Assembly (NCBI GenBank): GCA_965261005.1
Contig: OZ253375.1
Location: forward strand, 2,720,001-2,784,000
Direction: 5' to 3'
DNA: 64,000 nucleotides
Source of the DNA: Deinococcus sp.
GTDB lineage: Bacteria; Deinococcota; Deinococci; Deinococcales; Deinococcaceae
Position 1 is the first letter of the stretch. Each line of letters starts with the position of its first letter. The translations under genes and the position numbers were made by a program. The notes under the pieces are model-generated. The model searched no databases. It saw nothing but the letters and a program-made list of their open reading frames with translations, and was not told the DNA's origin. Of this stretch, positions 26,730 to 36,413 are shown piece after piece.

Positions 26730-27128
26730 TCACTCTACCGTCTGCGGCCGGCTTTCCAGCACCACCACGGCCGAGGCGTGTTCCTTGGTGTGGGTCAGCG
26801 TGACGTGGGCGGTCCAGCCGCGTTCACGCAACTCGGCCTCGATCCTCGGCGCGAAGCCCAGCAGCGGCGGCGCGTAGGGAAACGGCCCGTCCGGCGTCCG
26901 TTCGCGGCGTACCCACACGTCCTGCCAACCGTGCGGGCGCGGCCACACCTTTTGAAAGGCCTCCTTGGCCGCAAAACGCACCGCCAGCGAGGGTGCCGGG
27001 TCGGCCAAGTTCAGGCAATACTCGATCTCGGCGGGGGCGAACAGCCGCAGAAAGTGCTCCCCCTCGCGGGCGTACACCGCCCGAATGCGCCCAATCTCGA
27101 TCAGGTCGTGGCCGATGGCGACGATCAT
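26730..27128 (-). CDS. acpS: Holo-[acyl-carrier-protein] synthase
   Basis: [20 protein letters not shown]. Confidence 0.88.
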   Translation of the reverse strand: MIVAIGHDLIEIGRIRAVYAREGEHFLRLFAPAEIEYCLNLADPAPSLAVRFAAKEAFQKVWPRPHGWQDVWVRRERTPDGPFPYAPPLLGFAPRIEAELRERGWTAHVTLTHTKEHASAVVVLESRPQTVE

Positions 27129-27163
27129 GCGGGCATTCTGGCACGCTTGGCTATCATGTCCCC

Positions 27164-27868
27164 ATGAAGCTCGAAGAGGCCGCCGCCCTGCTGCTGCACC
27201 GCGCCGATTGGGACGACGGCTCGCTGGACGACGTGGCCGTCTTCGGCAGCGTGGCGCGCGGCCAAGCGAAGGCGGAGAGCGACGTGGACTTCGTGCTCAC
27301 CTTCAACCGGCCGGTGGGCCTGCTGCACCTGGTCCGCTGCAAGCTCGCCTTCGAGGAGATTCTGGAACGTCGGGTGGACGTGGTGACGCCGCACGGTTTA
27401 AAGAGCGGCCTCCGGGAAGAGGTGCTGGAGGACGCCGTCAGCGTGCTGGGCGACCTGCCCCGGCCGGGGGGGCAAGCGCGCCGCAAACGCTGGCGCTGGC
27501 GCCTGGGGGAGCTGCTGGCCGCCCTGGAGAGGACCCAGCGCTACACCGAGGGGCTGGACTACGCGGCGTTTATGGCGCGCGAGCTGGTCCGCGACGCCGC
27601 GCTGCACAACCTGCTGCTGGCCGGCGAGAACGTCAACTACCTGCCGCCCGACCTCAAGCTGCTGTGGCCCGAGCTGCCGTGGGAGGAACTGCACCAAATG
27701 CGCCACCTGATCGCCCACGAGTACTTCGGCCTGGACCTGGAGTTGGTGTGGCAGACCATCCGCGCCGAGGTCCCACCCCTGCTGCCCCCGCTGAGGGCCG
27801 CGCTGGACGTGCAGACCAAGGAGCTTGACCGCCGAGACCGCCCGCCCGAACGACCAGAGCTTATATAA
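27164..27868 (+). CDS. Fused minimal nucleotidyltransferase (MNT) + HEPN/DUF86 ribonuclease
   Basis: FGSVARG..SDVD..RRVDVVT then [15 protein letters not shown] in one ORF. Confidence 0.85.
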   Translation: MKLEEAAALLLHRADWDDGSLDDVAVFGSVARGQAKAESDVDFVLTFNRPVGLLHLVRCKLAFEEILERRVDVVTPHGLKSGLREEVLEDAVSVLGDLPRPGGQARRKRWRWRLGELLAALERTQRYTEGLDYAAFMARELVRDAALHNLLLAGENVNYLPPDLKLLWPELPWEELHQMRHLIAHEYFGLDLELVWQTIRAEVPPLLPPLRAALDVQTKELDRRDRPPERPELI

Positions 27869-27899
27869 CGCTTTACTTATATAGCAGAATCTGTTATAT
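27862..27899. promoter_or_regulatory. Paired inverted repeats, probable ArsR-family operator
   Basis: TATATAA-N8-TTATATA and ATATAGCAG-AAT-CTGTTATAT overlapping the TATATT -10. Confidence 0.6.
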
Positions 27900-27906
27900 T
27901 GCTAGT

Positions 27907-28245
27907 GTGGACGTTTTCGACGCGCTCGCGGACCCGACCCGCCGGCGGCTGCTCGAACTGCTCGCCGAGCGGGAGCGCAGCGTGGGCGAGTTAACGCGGG
28001 CGTTTCCAGACCTCACGCAGCCCGCCGTCTCGCGTCACCTGCGGGTGCTGCGCGAGGGACGGCTGGTGCGATCGCGGTCGCGGGGAACGAGCCGGCTCTA
28101 CAGCCTCGCGCCGGACGGCTTTGCCGACGTTCAAGGCTGGGTGACGCAGGTCAGCCGCTTCTGGACCGGCAAGCTCGACGCCCTCGAAGCCCACCTCACC
28201 GCCCCAGTTGCGCAGGAGAGTGGAGATTCAAAGGAGGACATATGA
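27907..28245 (+). CDS. ArsR/SmtB family transcriptional regulator
   Basis: FDALADPTRRRLL, TQPAVSRHLRVL. Confidence 0.92.
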   Translation: MDVFDALADPTRRRLLELLAERERSVGELTRAFPDLTQPAVSRHLRVLREGRLVRSRSRGTSRLYSLAPDGFADVQGWVTQVSRFWTGKLDALEAHLTAPVAQESGDSKEDI

Positions 28246-28748
28246 CCCAAGGTAGCATCACCAAAGAAGCGGAGAGCTACAATGTGACCTTCGACCGCCG
28301 CTTTAGCGCGCCCATAGAACGGGTGTGGGCCGCCCTGACCGAGCCGGCACAGCTCTCGGCGTGGCTTGCCAGCGCGACGGTCACGCCGGGCGTGGGCGGG
28401 CGGATTGAGCTGCGCTTAGGTGCGGACGAGCAGGACGCGAGCGGGCATTGTCGGGGCACCATTCTGGTCTGGAACCCGCCGCACGCGCTGGAGTACGAGT
28501 GGAACTTTCCCGGCGAGGACGCCACCGTCGTCCGTTGGGACCTGAGCGAACAGGGGACGGGGACGCGCCTGCGCCTCACGGAACGCCGCCTCGGCCCGGA
28601 TCAAGCCTTGCAGTATGGCCCCGGCTGGCACGCGCACCTCGACGGCTTGGGCGCCTTTTTGGAACACCGCGCCATCGACAACTTGAGGGCGCGGTTTGCC
28701 GCGGCGCGCCCGCTCTACCGCTTGCCCGACGACCCGGTGAACAAATAG
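28242..28748 (+). CDS. SRPBCC (AHSA1-like) domain protein
   Basis: APIERVWAALTEP, WNPPHALEYEW, GPGWHAHLD. Confidence 0.88.
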   Translation: MTQGSITKEAESYNVTFDRRFSAPIERVWAALTEPAQLSAWLASATVTPGVGGRIELRLGADEQDASGHCRGTILVWNPPHALEYEWNFPGEDATVVRWDLSEQGTGTRLRLTERRLGPDQALQYGPGWHAHLDGLGAFLEHRAIDNLRARFAAARPLYRLPDDPVNK

Positions 28749-28796
28749 ACGGCCGGCGACCGCTACGGCCACCGGCTCACTTGAAAAAAAGCTGTC

Positions 28797-29405
28797 TCAG
28801 CCCTTGAGCTTGTCCGAGACCATCACCAAGCGGCGCGCTTGGTAGCGAATCGCTTCCAGCACGGCGTCGCTGAGGCCCTCGCCGCCCTCGCCGGTCGTGA
28901 CGCTGACGCCGTAGGGGTTGCCGCCCGCCGCGAACACGCTCTGGTCGGTGTAGCCGGGGGGCACCAAAATGCAGCCCCAGTGCATAAAGGTGACGTAGAG
29001 GGCCTGCAAGGTGGTTTCCTGGCCGCCATGTACGCTCTGCGCGCTGGTCATGGCGCTGGCGACCTTGCCCGCGAGCTTGCCCTGGTACCACAAACCGCCG
29101 GTCGTATCTATGAACGAGCGGATTTGCGAGGCCGGCGAGCCGTAGCGCGTGGGCGTGCTGAACAGGTAGGCGTCGGCCCACTCTAAGTCGTCCAGGCTCG
29201 CTTCGGGCACGTCCCTCGTGTTCTCGACGTGCTCGGCCCAAGGTCCCTGGCTTTGCACGACCTCGGGTGGCGCGGTCTCGCGCACCTTGCGCACGCGCAC
29301 CTCGGCCCCGGCCTGCTGCGCGGCCTCGGCGGCGGTTTGCGCCATCTGGTAGTCGGTGCCGTAGGTGCTGTAGTAGATGATCGCCAATTTGGTGGGGTCA
29401 GCCAT
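28797..29405 (-). CDS. wrbA: NAD(P)H:quinone oxidoreductase WrbA
   Basis: YYSTYG, TPTRYG, HGGQETT, GGNPYG. Confidence 0.92.
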   Translation of the reverse strand: MADPTKLAIIYYSTYGTDYQMAQTAAEAAQQAGAEVRVRKVRETAPPEVVQSQGPWAEHVENTRDVPEASLDDLEWADAYLFSTPTRYGSPASQIRSFIDTTGGLWYQGKLAGKVASAMTSAQSVHGGQETTLQALYVTFMHWGCILVPPGYTDQSVFAAGGNPYGVSVTTGEGGEGLSDAVLEAIRYQARRLVMVSDKLKG

Positions 29406-29495
29406 GCCCAGAGGGTACACCGGCTATGGAAAACATACCAATATGTTTGACAAACATTAAGGTATCCTGAAGTAGAGGGACGCGAGACGGACTTA

Positions 29496-29606
29496 TCACT
29501 TGAGCACGCCCGCCCACAGCAGCAGCAGGTAGATCAGCACCGGCACGGCGAGGGCGCCCGCCGTCAGTTTCAAGAGGCGCCACCAATAGTCGAGCCATTC
29601 GGGCAT
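29496..29606 (-). CDS. 36-aa single-TM small protein (not in ORF track)
   Basis: [42 protein letters not shown] six nt before ATG; TGA TAA double stop; GC3-rich codons. Confidence 0.7.
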   Translation of the reverse strand: MPEWLDYWWRLLKLTAGALAVPVLIYLLLLWAGVLK

Positions 29607-29681
29607 GAGAAAAAGGTACAGACCGAGAGCCAAGAAGTCTGGGGGTCCCGGCCCATTGACATGCAAGCCACGCGCTTGGAT

Positions 29682-30101
29682 TCAGAGAAACACGCCGGGA
29701 TTCACCCTGAAGTAGTCGCCGAGCTTACGGGCGTGTTCCGCCGTGAAAGCGCGTCCACCACGCAACAGCTTGGACAGATTCCCCTGCGGGATGCCAGTGC
29801 CTGCCTCGACCTGCTTTTGGGTTACACCTCGCTGTTCCAGCAAGAAGGCGAGCATCTCGGCGGGCGTCGCGTCGGACATGGGGTGGTTGCGTATCTCGTA
29901 CGCCTGCACAAGTTCGATCAGGAACTGCATCAGGGGGCCGAGGGGATGGTTCGGGTCCTCGCCCACCTCGTTCCAAATGGGTTCGAGGAACGCGAGGGCG
30001 CGCGCATGCTGCTCATCGTTTTCGATGGGCACGCTGAACGGAAGCTGGGCACTCAGGTCTTGCCAGCTGTCTGTCAACCGGGAAAGGTCAGTTGTTGTCA
30101 T
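29682..30101 (-). CDS. higA: HigA-type antitoxin (Xre HTH)
   Basis: IENDEQHARAL, LVQAYE, C-terminal HTH; downstream of higB. Confidence 0.85.
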   Translation of the reverse strand: MTTTDLSRLTDSWQDLSAQLPFSVPIENDEQHARALAFLEPIWNEVGEDPNHPLGPLMQFLIELVQAYEIRNHPMSDATPAEMLAFLLEQRGVTQKQVEAGTGIPQGNLSKLLRGGRAFTAEHARKLGDYFRVNPGVFL

Positions 30102-30180
30102 CTCTATCCAACACACTCCATGCGCCTTGGTGAGTTTCGGCCGGCTGTTCGCGGTCCGGCGCTTTAAGGGAATTGCTGGT

Positions 30181-30468
30181 TCACGGCTTCCAGGCGTCGT
30201 ATTCTTTGTGGGTAAGGACGCCCTTCACCCACAAGGTGCGGAATTGAAAGCTAGCGGTCACGATGAGGCGATATTTATTGCCGCCAATGTCAAAGACGAT
30301 GTGACCTTTGACCCAGTCGGCACTTCCAAAGTCGGCACGTACATCGGCGAACGATACATACGTGGAGCCACGCACGCGCTTGTACCAGGCCTTGAGCGGA
30401 GCTTCTGCTTCGGGGTGCTGTACCGAGAACGCTTGTAAGGCCTTGAAGGATATAACGTTCATCGGCAC
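30181..30468 (-). CDS. higB: HigB-type mRNA interferase toxin (start 30468 or 30462)
   Basis: NVISFKAL, FDIGGNKYRLI, LTHKEYD. Confidence 0.9.
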   Translation of the reverse strand: MPMNVISFKALQAFSVQHPEAEAPLKAWYKRVRGSTYVSFADVRADFGSADWVKGHIVFDIGGNKYRLIVTASFQFRTLWVKGVLTHKEYDAWKP

Positions 30469-30474
30469 GACTAA

Positions 30475-30493
30475 TTATATCAATGTGACATAA
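30475..30493. promoter_or_regulatory. Probable HigA operator
   Basis: TTATATCA-ATG-TGACATAA inverted repeat overlapping minus-strand TATAAT. Confidence 0.55.
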
Positions 30494-30594
30494 TAAAATC
30501 AACGCGATATAGCTCTATGCTCGGTCGAGTAGTCGGGAAGATGGGGAGGCTCACAACCAAGGCAAATGCGAGGACTTGATCGCCCCTACCTTCC

Positions 30595-31257
30595 TCACCC
30601 CGCCCCCTTTGGCCCCTTCAAGCCGCTCTTGCCCTCGCGCGCTGCCAGCACCCGCGCCACGTCCCCCGGCGTCACGCCGACCTCCGCCAGGGCGAAGAGG
30701 GTGTGGAACAGCAGATCGGCTGTCTCGGTCGCCAGCTCGGCCTTGTCGCCGTTCTTGGCGGCCAGCAGGACCTCGCCCGACTCCTCGGCCACCTTTTTGA
30801 GCACCCGGTCGAGGCCGCCCGCGTGCAGCCGCGCCACGTAGCTGTTCTCGGGCAGGGTGTGCAAACGTTCCTGAATGGTGGTGTAGACCCGGCCCAGGAC
30901 GCCGTCCAAGTTCGTCTCTTCGCCCTCCAGCAGCGGGGTGTAAAAGCAGCTGCGCTCGCCGGTGTGGCAGGCGGGGCCGCTCTGCTCCACCTTGTACAGC
31001 GCGGCGTCCCCGTCGCAGTCGAGGGCCACGCCCACGACCCGCTGGGTGTGGCCGGAGGTCGCGCCCTTCACCCAGATCTCGCCGCGCGAGCGCGAGTAGT
31101 AGGTGCCCCGGCGCGTCTCCAGCGTGCGCGTCAGCGCCTCCTCGTTGGCCCAAGCCAACATCAGCACCTCGCCGCTGTGGGCGTCCTGCGCGATCACGGG
31201 AATCAGGCCGCGCTCGTCGAAGTGGGGTTCGCTCACGGCCTCACCGGTTTTATTCAC
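30595..31257 (-). CDS. hisIE: Bifunctional HisIE (start 31257 or 31236)
   Basis: [33 protein letters not shown]. Confidence 0.93.
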   Translation of the reverse strand: MNKTGEAVSEPHFDERGLIPVIAQDAHSGEVLMLAWANEEALTRTLETRRGTYYSRSRGEIWVKGATSGHTQRVVGVALDCDGDAALYKVEQSGPACHTGERSCFYTPLLEGEETNLDGVLGRVYTTIQERLHTLPENSYVARLHAGGLDRVLKKVAEESGEVLLAAKNGDKAELATETADLLFHTLFALAEVGVTPGDVARVLAAREGKSGLKGPKGAG

Positions 31258-32033
31258 GGTCTCACCGGCACGCCGCGCGACCCCAGGTAGGTCTTCACGT
31301 CCGGCACGCTCAGGTCGCCGAAGTGAAAGACGCTGGCGGCCAAGGCGGCGTCGGCCTTGCCCTCGGTCAGCACGTCGTAGAAGTCCTCCAAGCTGCCCGC
31401 CCCGCCCGAGGCGACCACCGGCACATCCACCGCCTCCGCGACGGCGCGGGTGGCCGCGAGGTCGAAGCCTTGCCGGGTGCCGTCGGCGTCCATCACGTTC
31501 AGCACGATTTCGCCGGCGCCCAGCCGCTGGCCGCGCTCGACCCAGGCCAGCAAGTCGAGGCCGGTGTCCACCCGCCCGCCGCCCACGAAGACGTTCCAAT
31601 TCTCTCCCGTACTTCCCGAACTGCCAGGGCGCCGCTTGGCGTCCACCGAGAGCACCACGCACTGCGCCCCGAAGTGGTCCGAGGCGCGAAGCAAGAGGTC
31701 CGGGTCGCGCACCGCGCCCGAGTTCACGCTGATCTTGTCGGCGCCGGCCAGCAGCAGGGCGCGGAACTGCTCCACGCTGTCCACGCCGCCGCCCACCGTC
31801 AGCGGCATCATGACCTCCTCCGCCACCCGCGCGGCCACGTCCAGCATCAGGGCACGCCCTTCATGGGTGGCGGTGATGTCATAGAAGACCAGCTCGTCGG
31901 CGCGCTGGCGCTCGTAGCGTTGGGCCAGCGCCAGGGGGTCGCCAGCGTCTTTGTGGTCCTCGAAGAAACGGATGTTCTTGACCACCCGCCCGTTTTGCAC
32001 GTCTAGGCAGGGAAGAATGCGTTTGGTCAACAT
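31254..32033 (-). CDS. hisF: Imidazole glycerol phosphate synthase subunit HisF
   Basis: [31 protein letters not shown]. Confidence 0.97.
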   Translation of the reverse strand: MLTKRILPCLDVQNGRVVKNIRFFEDHKDAGDPLALAQRYERQRADELVFYDITATHEGRALMLDVAARVAEEVMMPLTVGGGVDSVEQFRALLLAGADKISVNSGAVRDPDLLLRASDHFGAQCVVLSVDAKRRPGSSGSTGENWNVFVGGGRVDTGLDLLAWVERGQRLGAGEIVLNVMDADGTRQGFDLAATRAVAEAVDVPVVASGGAGSLEDFYDVLTEGKADAALAASVFHFGDLSVPDVKTYLGSRGVPVRP

Positions 32034-32182
32034 GCGGGCAGTCTAGCGTCAGCTTGGCGCCGGGTACGTTCCCGCGCCGGAGGGGGCGTGAGGTATTGCA
32101 CAGGCCGGGCCAACTCCCCCTATACTAAGAAAAAGTTAAAGCCATTTGTAACCCGACACGAGCGAGCAGCGAGGCAAGACCC

Positions 32183-32629
32183 ATGAATCCCAAACGAATT
32201 CTGCTGGTAGACGACAACCCGCACGACGTCGAGTTGGCGCTGGCCGCCTTTGAGGAAGGCGACTTGCGCCACGACGTGGCCGTCGCCCACAGCGGGGTCG
32301 AGGCCCTGGCGTACCTGCGGCGCGAGGGCCGCTTTGTGGGGCGCGCGGGCGGCCACCCCACCGTGATCCTGCTCGATCTCAAAATGCCGCACATGGACGG
32401 CGTCGCCGTGCTGGAGGCCATCAAAGCGGATTCCGCCCTGAGCGGCATTCCGGTGGTGATGCTTTCGACCTCGCGCGAGGACGGCGACATCGAGTCGTGC
32501 TACGCGCGCGGCGCGAGCGCCTACGTGGTCAAGCCGGTGGACTTTGCGCAGTTCATCGAGGCGGTCAAGACCATCGGCGTCTTTTGGGCGCTGCTGAACG
32601 AACACCCCCAGCTGAGCGCTGGGAGCTAA
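32183..32629 (+). CDS. Single-domain response regulator (Rcp1-like)
   Basis: LLVDDN, LLDLKMP, STS, YVVKP. Confidence 0.9.
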   Translation: MNPKRILLVDDNPHDVELALAAFEEGDLRHDVAVAHSGVEALAYLRREGRFVGRAGGHPTVILLDLKMPHMDGVAVLEAIKADSALSGIPVVMLSTSREDGDIESCYARGASAYVVKPVDFAQFIEAVKTIGVFWALLNEHPQLSAGS

Positions 32630-32655
32630 CTGCTGACAGCTGATAGCCTCTGCGC

Positions 32656-33462
32656 ATGCGCACCTATCTGGGCACCGGCGGCTACAGCAACGAGGACTGG
32701 ATCGGGCTGCTCTACCCCGAGGGCAGCAAAAAGCAGGACTTCCTGGAGATTTACTCGCACCACTTCGGCGCGGTGGAGCTGAACAGCAGCTTTTACGGGA
32801 TTCCGGGCCTCAAGGCTTTTGAGGGCATGCTGAACAAGTCGGGCGGGCGCACCCGCTTCGCGGTCAAGCTGCATCAGGTGTTCACCCACGCCCGCGCGCC
32901 GCAGGACAGCGACTTCGACCGCATGCTTCAGAGTCCCGAGCCGTTGCGCGAGGGGGGCGTAATGGGGCCGTACCTGGCGCAGTTTCCCTACTCGTTTCAC
33001 CGCACGGCGGAGAACCGCACGTATTTACTCGACCTCGCCGAGCGCTTCGCCGGGCACGAATTGGCGGTCGAGTTGCGCCACGCCAGCTGGGACAAGCCCG
33101 AGGTGCGTGAGGGCATGGGCGAGTACGGCCTGATCTGGGTCAGCCCCGACTACCCGCCCGTCGGCGGGATGCCCGAGCCGCGCGTCCACGTCACGGGCGA
33201 GGTCGGCTACCTGCGGCTGCACGGCCGCAACAAGGGCAGTTGGTGGGAGGGGGGCAGCGCCGCCGAGCGCCACGACTACCTCTACAGCCGCGCCGAGATG
33301 GACGAGTGGGCCGACAAGATCGCCGAGGTGGCCGGCGAGCTGGAGGAGCTGTACATCTTCTTCGAGAACACGACCAAAGGGCACGCTCTCAAAAACATTC
33401 CCATGCTCGGGGAGGCCTTGGGGAGCCGGGGATTACCGGTGAGCGGGCCGAAACCGGAATAA
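32656..33462 (+). CDS. DUF72 (YecE) family protein
   Basis: VELNSSFY, QFPYSF, ELRHASW, YLRLHGRN. Confidence 0.9.
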   Translation: MRTYLGTGGYSNEDWIGLLYPEGSKKQDFLEIYSHHFGAVELNSSFYGIPGLKAFEGMLNKSGGRTRFAVKLHQVFTHARAPQDSDFDRMLQSPEPLREGGVMGPYLAQFPYSFHRTAENRTYLLDLAERFAGHELAVELRHASWDKPEVREGMGEYGLIWVSPDYPPVGGMPEPRVHVTGEVGYLRLHGRNKGSWWEGGSAAERHDYLYSRAEMDEWADKIAEVAGELEELYIFFENTTKGHALKNIPMLGEALGSRGLPVSGPKPE

Positions 33463-33471
33463 GGGCGCCTC

Positions 33472-34191
33472 TTAAGAAACCTGCGTCAGGTGCTTGACCA
33501 CCTCAAGCGGCAACTGGTGTTTTCCCGCCGGGTTGCGCCACAAGCTGACGGCCTGAATTCGCCCATCCCCAGCCTGCGCGCACAGCGCCACCGCGCTGAG
33601 CCGCCCGCGCCCCCGCGAAAAGGCGCGCACGCCTTCAGCCGAAAGGGTCGAACTCGCACCTGCCGCGCGGTCCAGCAAACGAATTGCCGCCGGAACGAGG
33701 TCGCCCCCCTGCGCGTCCGGTGGGTGTGCGTCCGGCGACATGACGACGGCCAGCACGTTCGCCGCCCCGGGCGGGCATTGACCGATCTTGTCGCACAGCA
33801 CGCGGGCGAGCTTGAGCGCGCCGTCCTGCCCGTCCGCTGTTGCCGGTGCGGACGGGTGCAGGTGGGTGACCTCCACGTAAAACAGGGTGCGGGTCCCCAA
33901 GGTCACCTGAAAGTCGGGGCCGCGCCGTCCGCCCACGGGAAGCGGCTCGTACAGGACGGCAAAGCGCCGGTCGCGCGCCAGCACGGCCGCGACCGCCAGC
34001 TCGGCGAGCAGGTCGCTGAGCGCGTTCCCGCTTGAGGCTAGCCGGGCTTTCTTGCGAACCTTGCCGAGGTGGGCCTCCAAAAAGGTGACGAACGGGCGCG
34101 ACTCACGACACCACGAGCGCAAGTACGGCGCGAGCGGATGGTCCGCCGCGCCGCAGATGTCCTGAATAAGGTCGTCAATGCGCTTGGTCAT
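33472..34191 (-). CDS. Hypothetical protein with PD-(D/E)xK-like motif
   Basis: AELAVA, YEP, GPDFQV, YVEVT. Confidence 0.6.
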   Translation of the reverse strand: MTKRIDDLIQDICGAADHPLAPYLRSWCRESRPFVTFLEAHLGKVRKKARLASSGNALSDLLAELAVAAVLARDRRFAVLYEPLPVGGRRGPDFQVTLGTRTLFYVEVTHLHPSAPATADGQDGALKLARVLCDKIGQCPPGAANVLAVVMSPDAHPPDAQGGDLVPAAIRLLDRAAGASSTLSAEGVRAFSRGRGRLSAVALCAQAGDGRIQAVSLWRNPAGKHQLPLEVVKHLTQVS

Positions 34192-34213
34192 GGGGGCGAA
34201 TTGGCCTCCGAAA

Positions 34214-34248
34214 CTCCTCCCCCCTTGCGGGGGAGGCCGGGAGGGGGT
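34214..34248. repeat. G/C-run palindromic repeat, copy 1
   Basis: CTCC-C-run-TTGC-GGGGGAGG-CCGGGAGGGGG; related copies at 52531 and 57028. Confidence 0.7.
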
Positions 34249-34251
34249 CCG

Positions 34252-35688
34252 TTAACTGGCCGCCACGACAAAGGTGTGGTAGCCGGTGGCCCCCTCGGGC
34301 AGGGCCTCGGCGTCGGTCTTGACCTGGGCCTCGTCGCCGGAGTAGGCGCGCACCGCCAATTGGTGGCTGCCCGCCGCCGGGGTCCACGGGAGTTCCCACA
34401 GCGTCCAGGCGTACTTGGAGCCGAGTTCGGTCAGCTTGGCCGCCCGCCAGGTCTGCTCGCCGTCGGTGCTGACCTCGACCCGCGTGATGGGCCTCAGGCC
34501 GCCAAAGGCGACGCCGCGAAGGGGGGTGGGCACGCCGGCCTTGACGGTGGGGGTGGCCTCGGCGGGCTGGTCAATGCGGCTCATGATCTCGACCCTCGCG
34601 GTCTTGCTCCAGCCGCGCTTGTTCCAGTAGCCGGCGATGTCCTGGTCGGTCAGGCGAATCGAGGTGATCCACCTGGGCTGCTTCATGCCGTAGCGGCCGG
34701 GAATCAGCACCCGCAGCGGAAAGCCGTGCTTTTGGGAGAGGGGCTGGCCGTTGAGACCGTAGACCAGCACCACGTCCTGCTCGTAGGCGTCGCCCAGGGG
34801 CAGCGACTCCTCGTAGCCGTCGGCGGCCTTCCACACGATGAACTTGGCGCCGGGCTGCACGCCCACCTTCTTGAGCAAGTCGGCGACCGTGAAGCCGGTC
34901 CAGATGCCGTTGCTGATCAGGGGGCCGCCGATGGGGTTGGAGATGCACGACAAGGTGAGCTGCACGTCGCGGCCCGGAAACTGGCGCAACTCGTCAAGCG
35001 TGAAGGTGGCGGGCGACCGCACCATGCCGTTCACGGTCAGCTTCCAGTCCGCCGCGCTCAGCTGGGGATCGAAGGCTTCCAGATTCTTGGAGACGTAATA
35101 GAAGTCTTGCTGCGGGGTGACGCCGAGGGGCAACGCGCCGTCCGGGCCGACTTGGGCCGCCTGCCGCGCCGAGCCGCCCACCGAGCGAAAGACGCCGGCC
35201 AGGCCGCCCGCCACCAGCAGCGCCGAGCCGCCCCACAAGGCGCCCACCAAGGTGCGCCGCTTGTCCACGTCGCCGGTGTTCACGTCGCCGGCGCGCAGGG
35301 GCCGCAGCAGCGCGCGCACGCCCAGCGTCAGCAGCCAAAACGCGGCGGCGTAGCCGAGGGCGACCGGAAAGGGCGTGAAGCTCAGCAGCAGCAAGCCCAG
35401 CGCCAGCGCCCCGACCCAGGGTTGCAGCAGGCCCAGCAGGGTGAGGCCGCCCAGCCACAGCACCACCACGCCGACAAAGGCGAAGATCTTGCCGCCTTGA
35501 CCCAGGCCGAAAATCGAGTGGATGATCTGGAAAACGCGCGGCACGCCCGCGAACTGCGTCAGAATGCCGAACAAATCGAGCGGCGGGTACGCGAGGGCGC
35601 CCCACGCCCGCCCAGCCAACCCCAGCGCGCTCAGCAGCACCGCCGTGAGCCACGCCGCCAACCAATTCGCCTTTAACCATTGTCTCAT
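34252..35688 (-). CDS. Membrane-anchored sulfite oxidase family molybdoenzyme
   Basis: TM N-terminus, KRRTL Tat-like motif, TLSCISN, HGFPLR, GRYGMKQPRW. Confidence 0.88.
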   Translation of the reverse strand: MRQWLKANWLAAWLTAVLLSALGLAGRAWGALAYPPLDLFGILTQFAGVPRVFQIIHSIFGLGQGGKIFAFVGVVVLWLGGLTLLGLLQPWVGALALGLLLLSFTPFPVALGYAAAFWLLTLGVRALLRPLRAGDVNTGDVDKRRTLVGALWGGSALLVAGGLAGVFRSVGGSARQAAQVGPDGALPLGVTPQQDFYYVSKNLEAFDPQLSAADWKLTVNGMVRSPATFTLDELRQFPGRDVQLTLSCISNPIGGPLISNGIWTGFTVADLLKKVGVQPGAKFIVWKAADGYEESLPLGDAYEQDVVLVYGLNGQPLSQKHGFPLRVLIPGRYGMKQPRWITSIRLTDQDIAGYWNKRGWSKTARVEIMSRIDQPAEATPTVKAGVPTPLRGVAFGGLRPITRVEVSTDGEQTWRAAKLTELGSKYAWTLWELPWTPAAGSHQLAVRAYSGDEAQVKTDAEALPEGATGYHTFVVAAS

Positions 35689-35861
35689 GCCCGTATTGTC
35701 CTCCACTTCCAGTACGCGAACAGGGGGCCGAGCGGTTCAAAAAAGCCGGGAGCGGCGTTCACCTTCCTAAAATCGCGCCCAACCTTACGTAAAGGCCCTT
35801 GCACGACGGCTTCATGCCCGTCACGCACCGTCCTTTTAGGCTGACCTCAGGAGGAACACCC

Positions 35862-36293
35862 ATGACCAAATTGAGAGACATCATGAGCAAGAACTTGGTG
35901 ACCGTGCAGCCCGACACGACCGTGCAGGAGGTGGCCCAGCTGATGAAGCAGCACGACATCGGCAACGTGCTGGTCACCGAGAACAACCAGCTGCGCGGCA
36001 TTGTCACCGACCGCGACATCGTGGTGCGCCTGATCGCCGAGAACGGCGACCCGAAGAGCGGCGTGCGCAATTTGATGTCGGAGAACGTGACGACGCTGGA
36101 CGCCGACACCGACGTGAACGAGGCGTCGCGCTTGATGGCCAGCCAGCAGATTCGGCGCTTGCCGGTGGTGGAGAACGGCCAGCCGGTGGGCATTGTGAGC
36201 CTGGGCGACGTGGCCGTGCGCACCGACGGCTCGGGCGACGAGCGCGCCTTGGAGGGCATCTCGAAGGGCGTGGGCCAAGCGAACAACTCGTAA
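35862..36293 (+). CDS. CBS domain pair protein
   Basis: GIVTDRDI, IRRLPVV, GIVSLGD; AGGAGG RBS. Confidence 0.92.
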   Translation: MTKLRDIMSKNLVTVQPDTTVQEVAQLMKQHDIGNVLVTENNQLRGIVTDRDIVVRLIAENGDPKSGVRNLMSENVTTLDADTDVNEASRLMASQQIRRLPVVENGQPVGIVSLGDVAVRTDGSGDERALEGISKGVGQANNS

Positions 36294-36316
36294 CTACCCT
36301 GGTGGAAGCGTTGACG

Positions 36317-36341
36317 GCGGTCCCTGTGAGGGCCGCTTTTT
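36317..36341 (+). terminator. Intrinsic terminator
   Basis: GCGGTCC/GGGCCGC stem followed by TTTTT. Confidence 0.65.
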
Positions 36342-36413
36342 CCGTCGTGGACGCCGGATTCGCGGCCGTGTGGTATTTTCGTCAAACCTCTTACGCGGTG
36401 TTATGCTGCCCAC

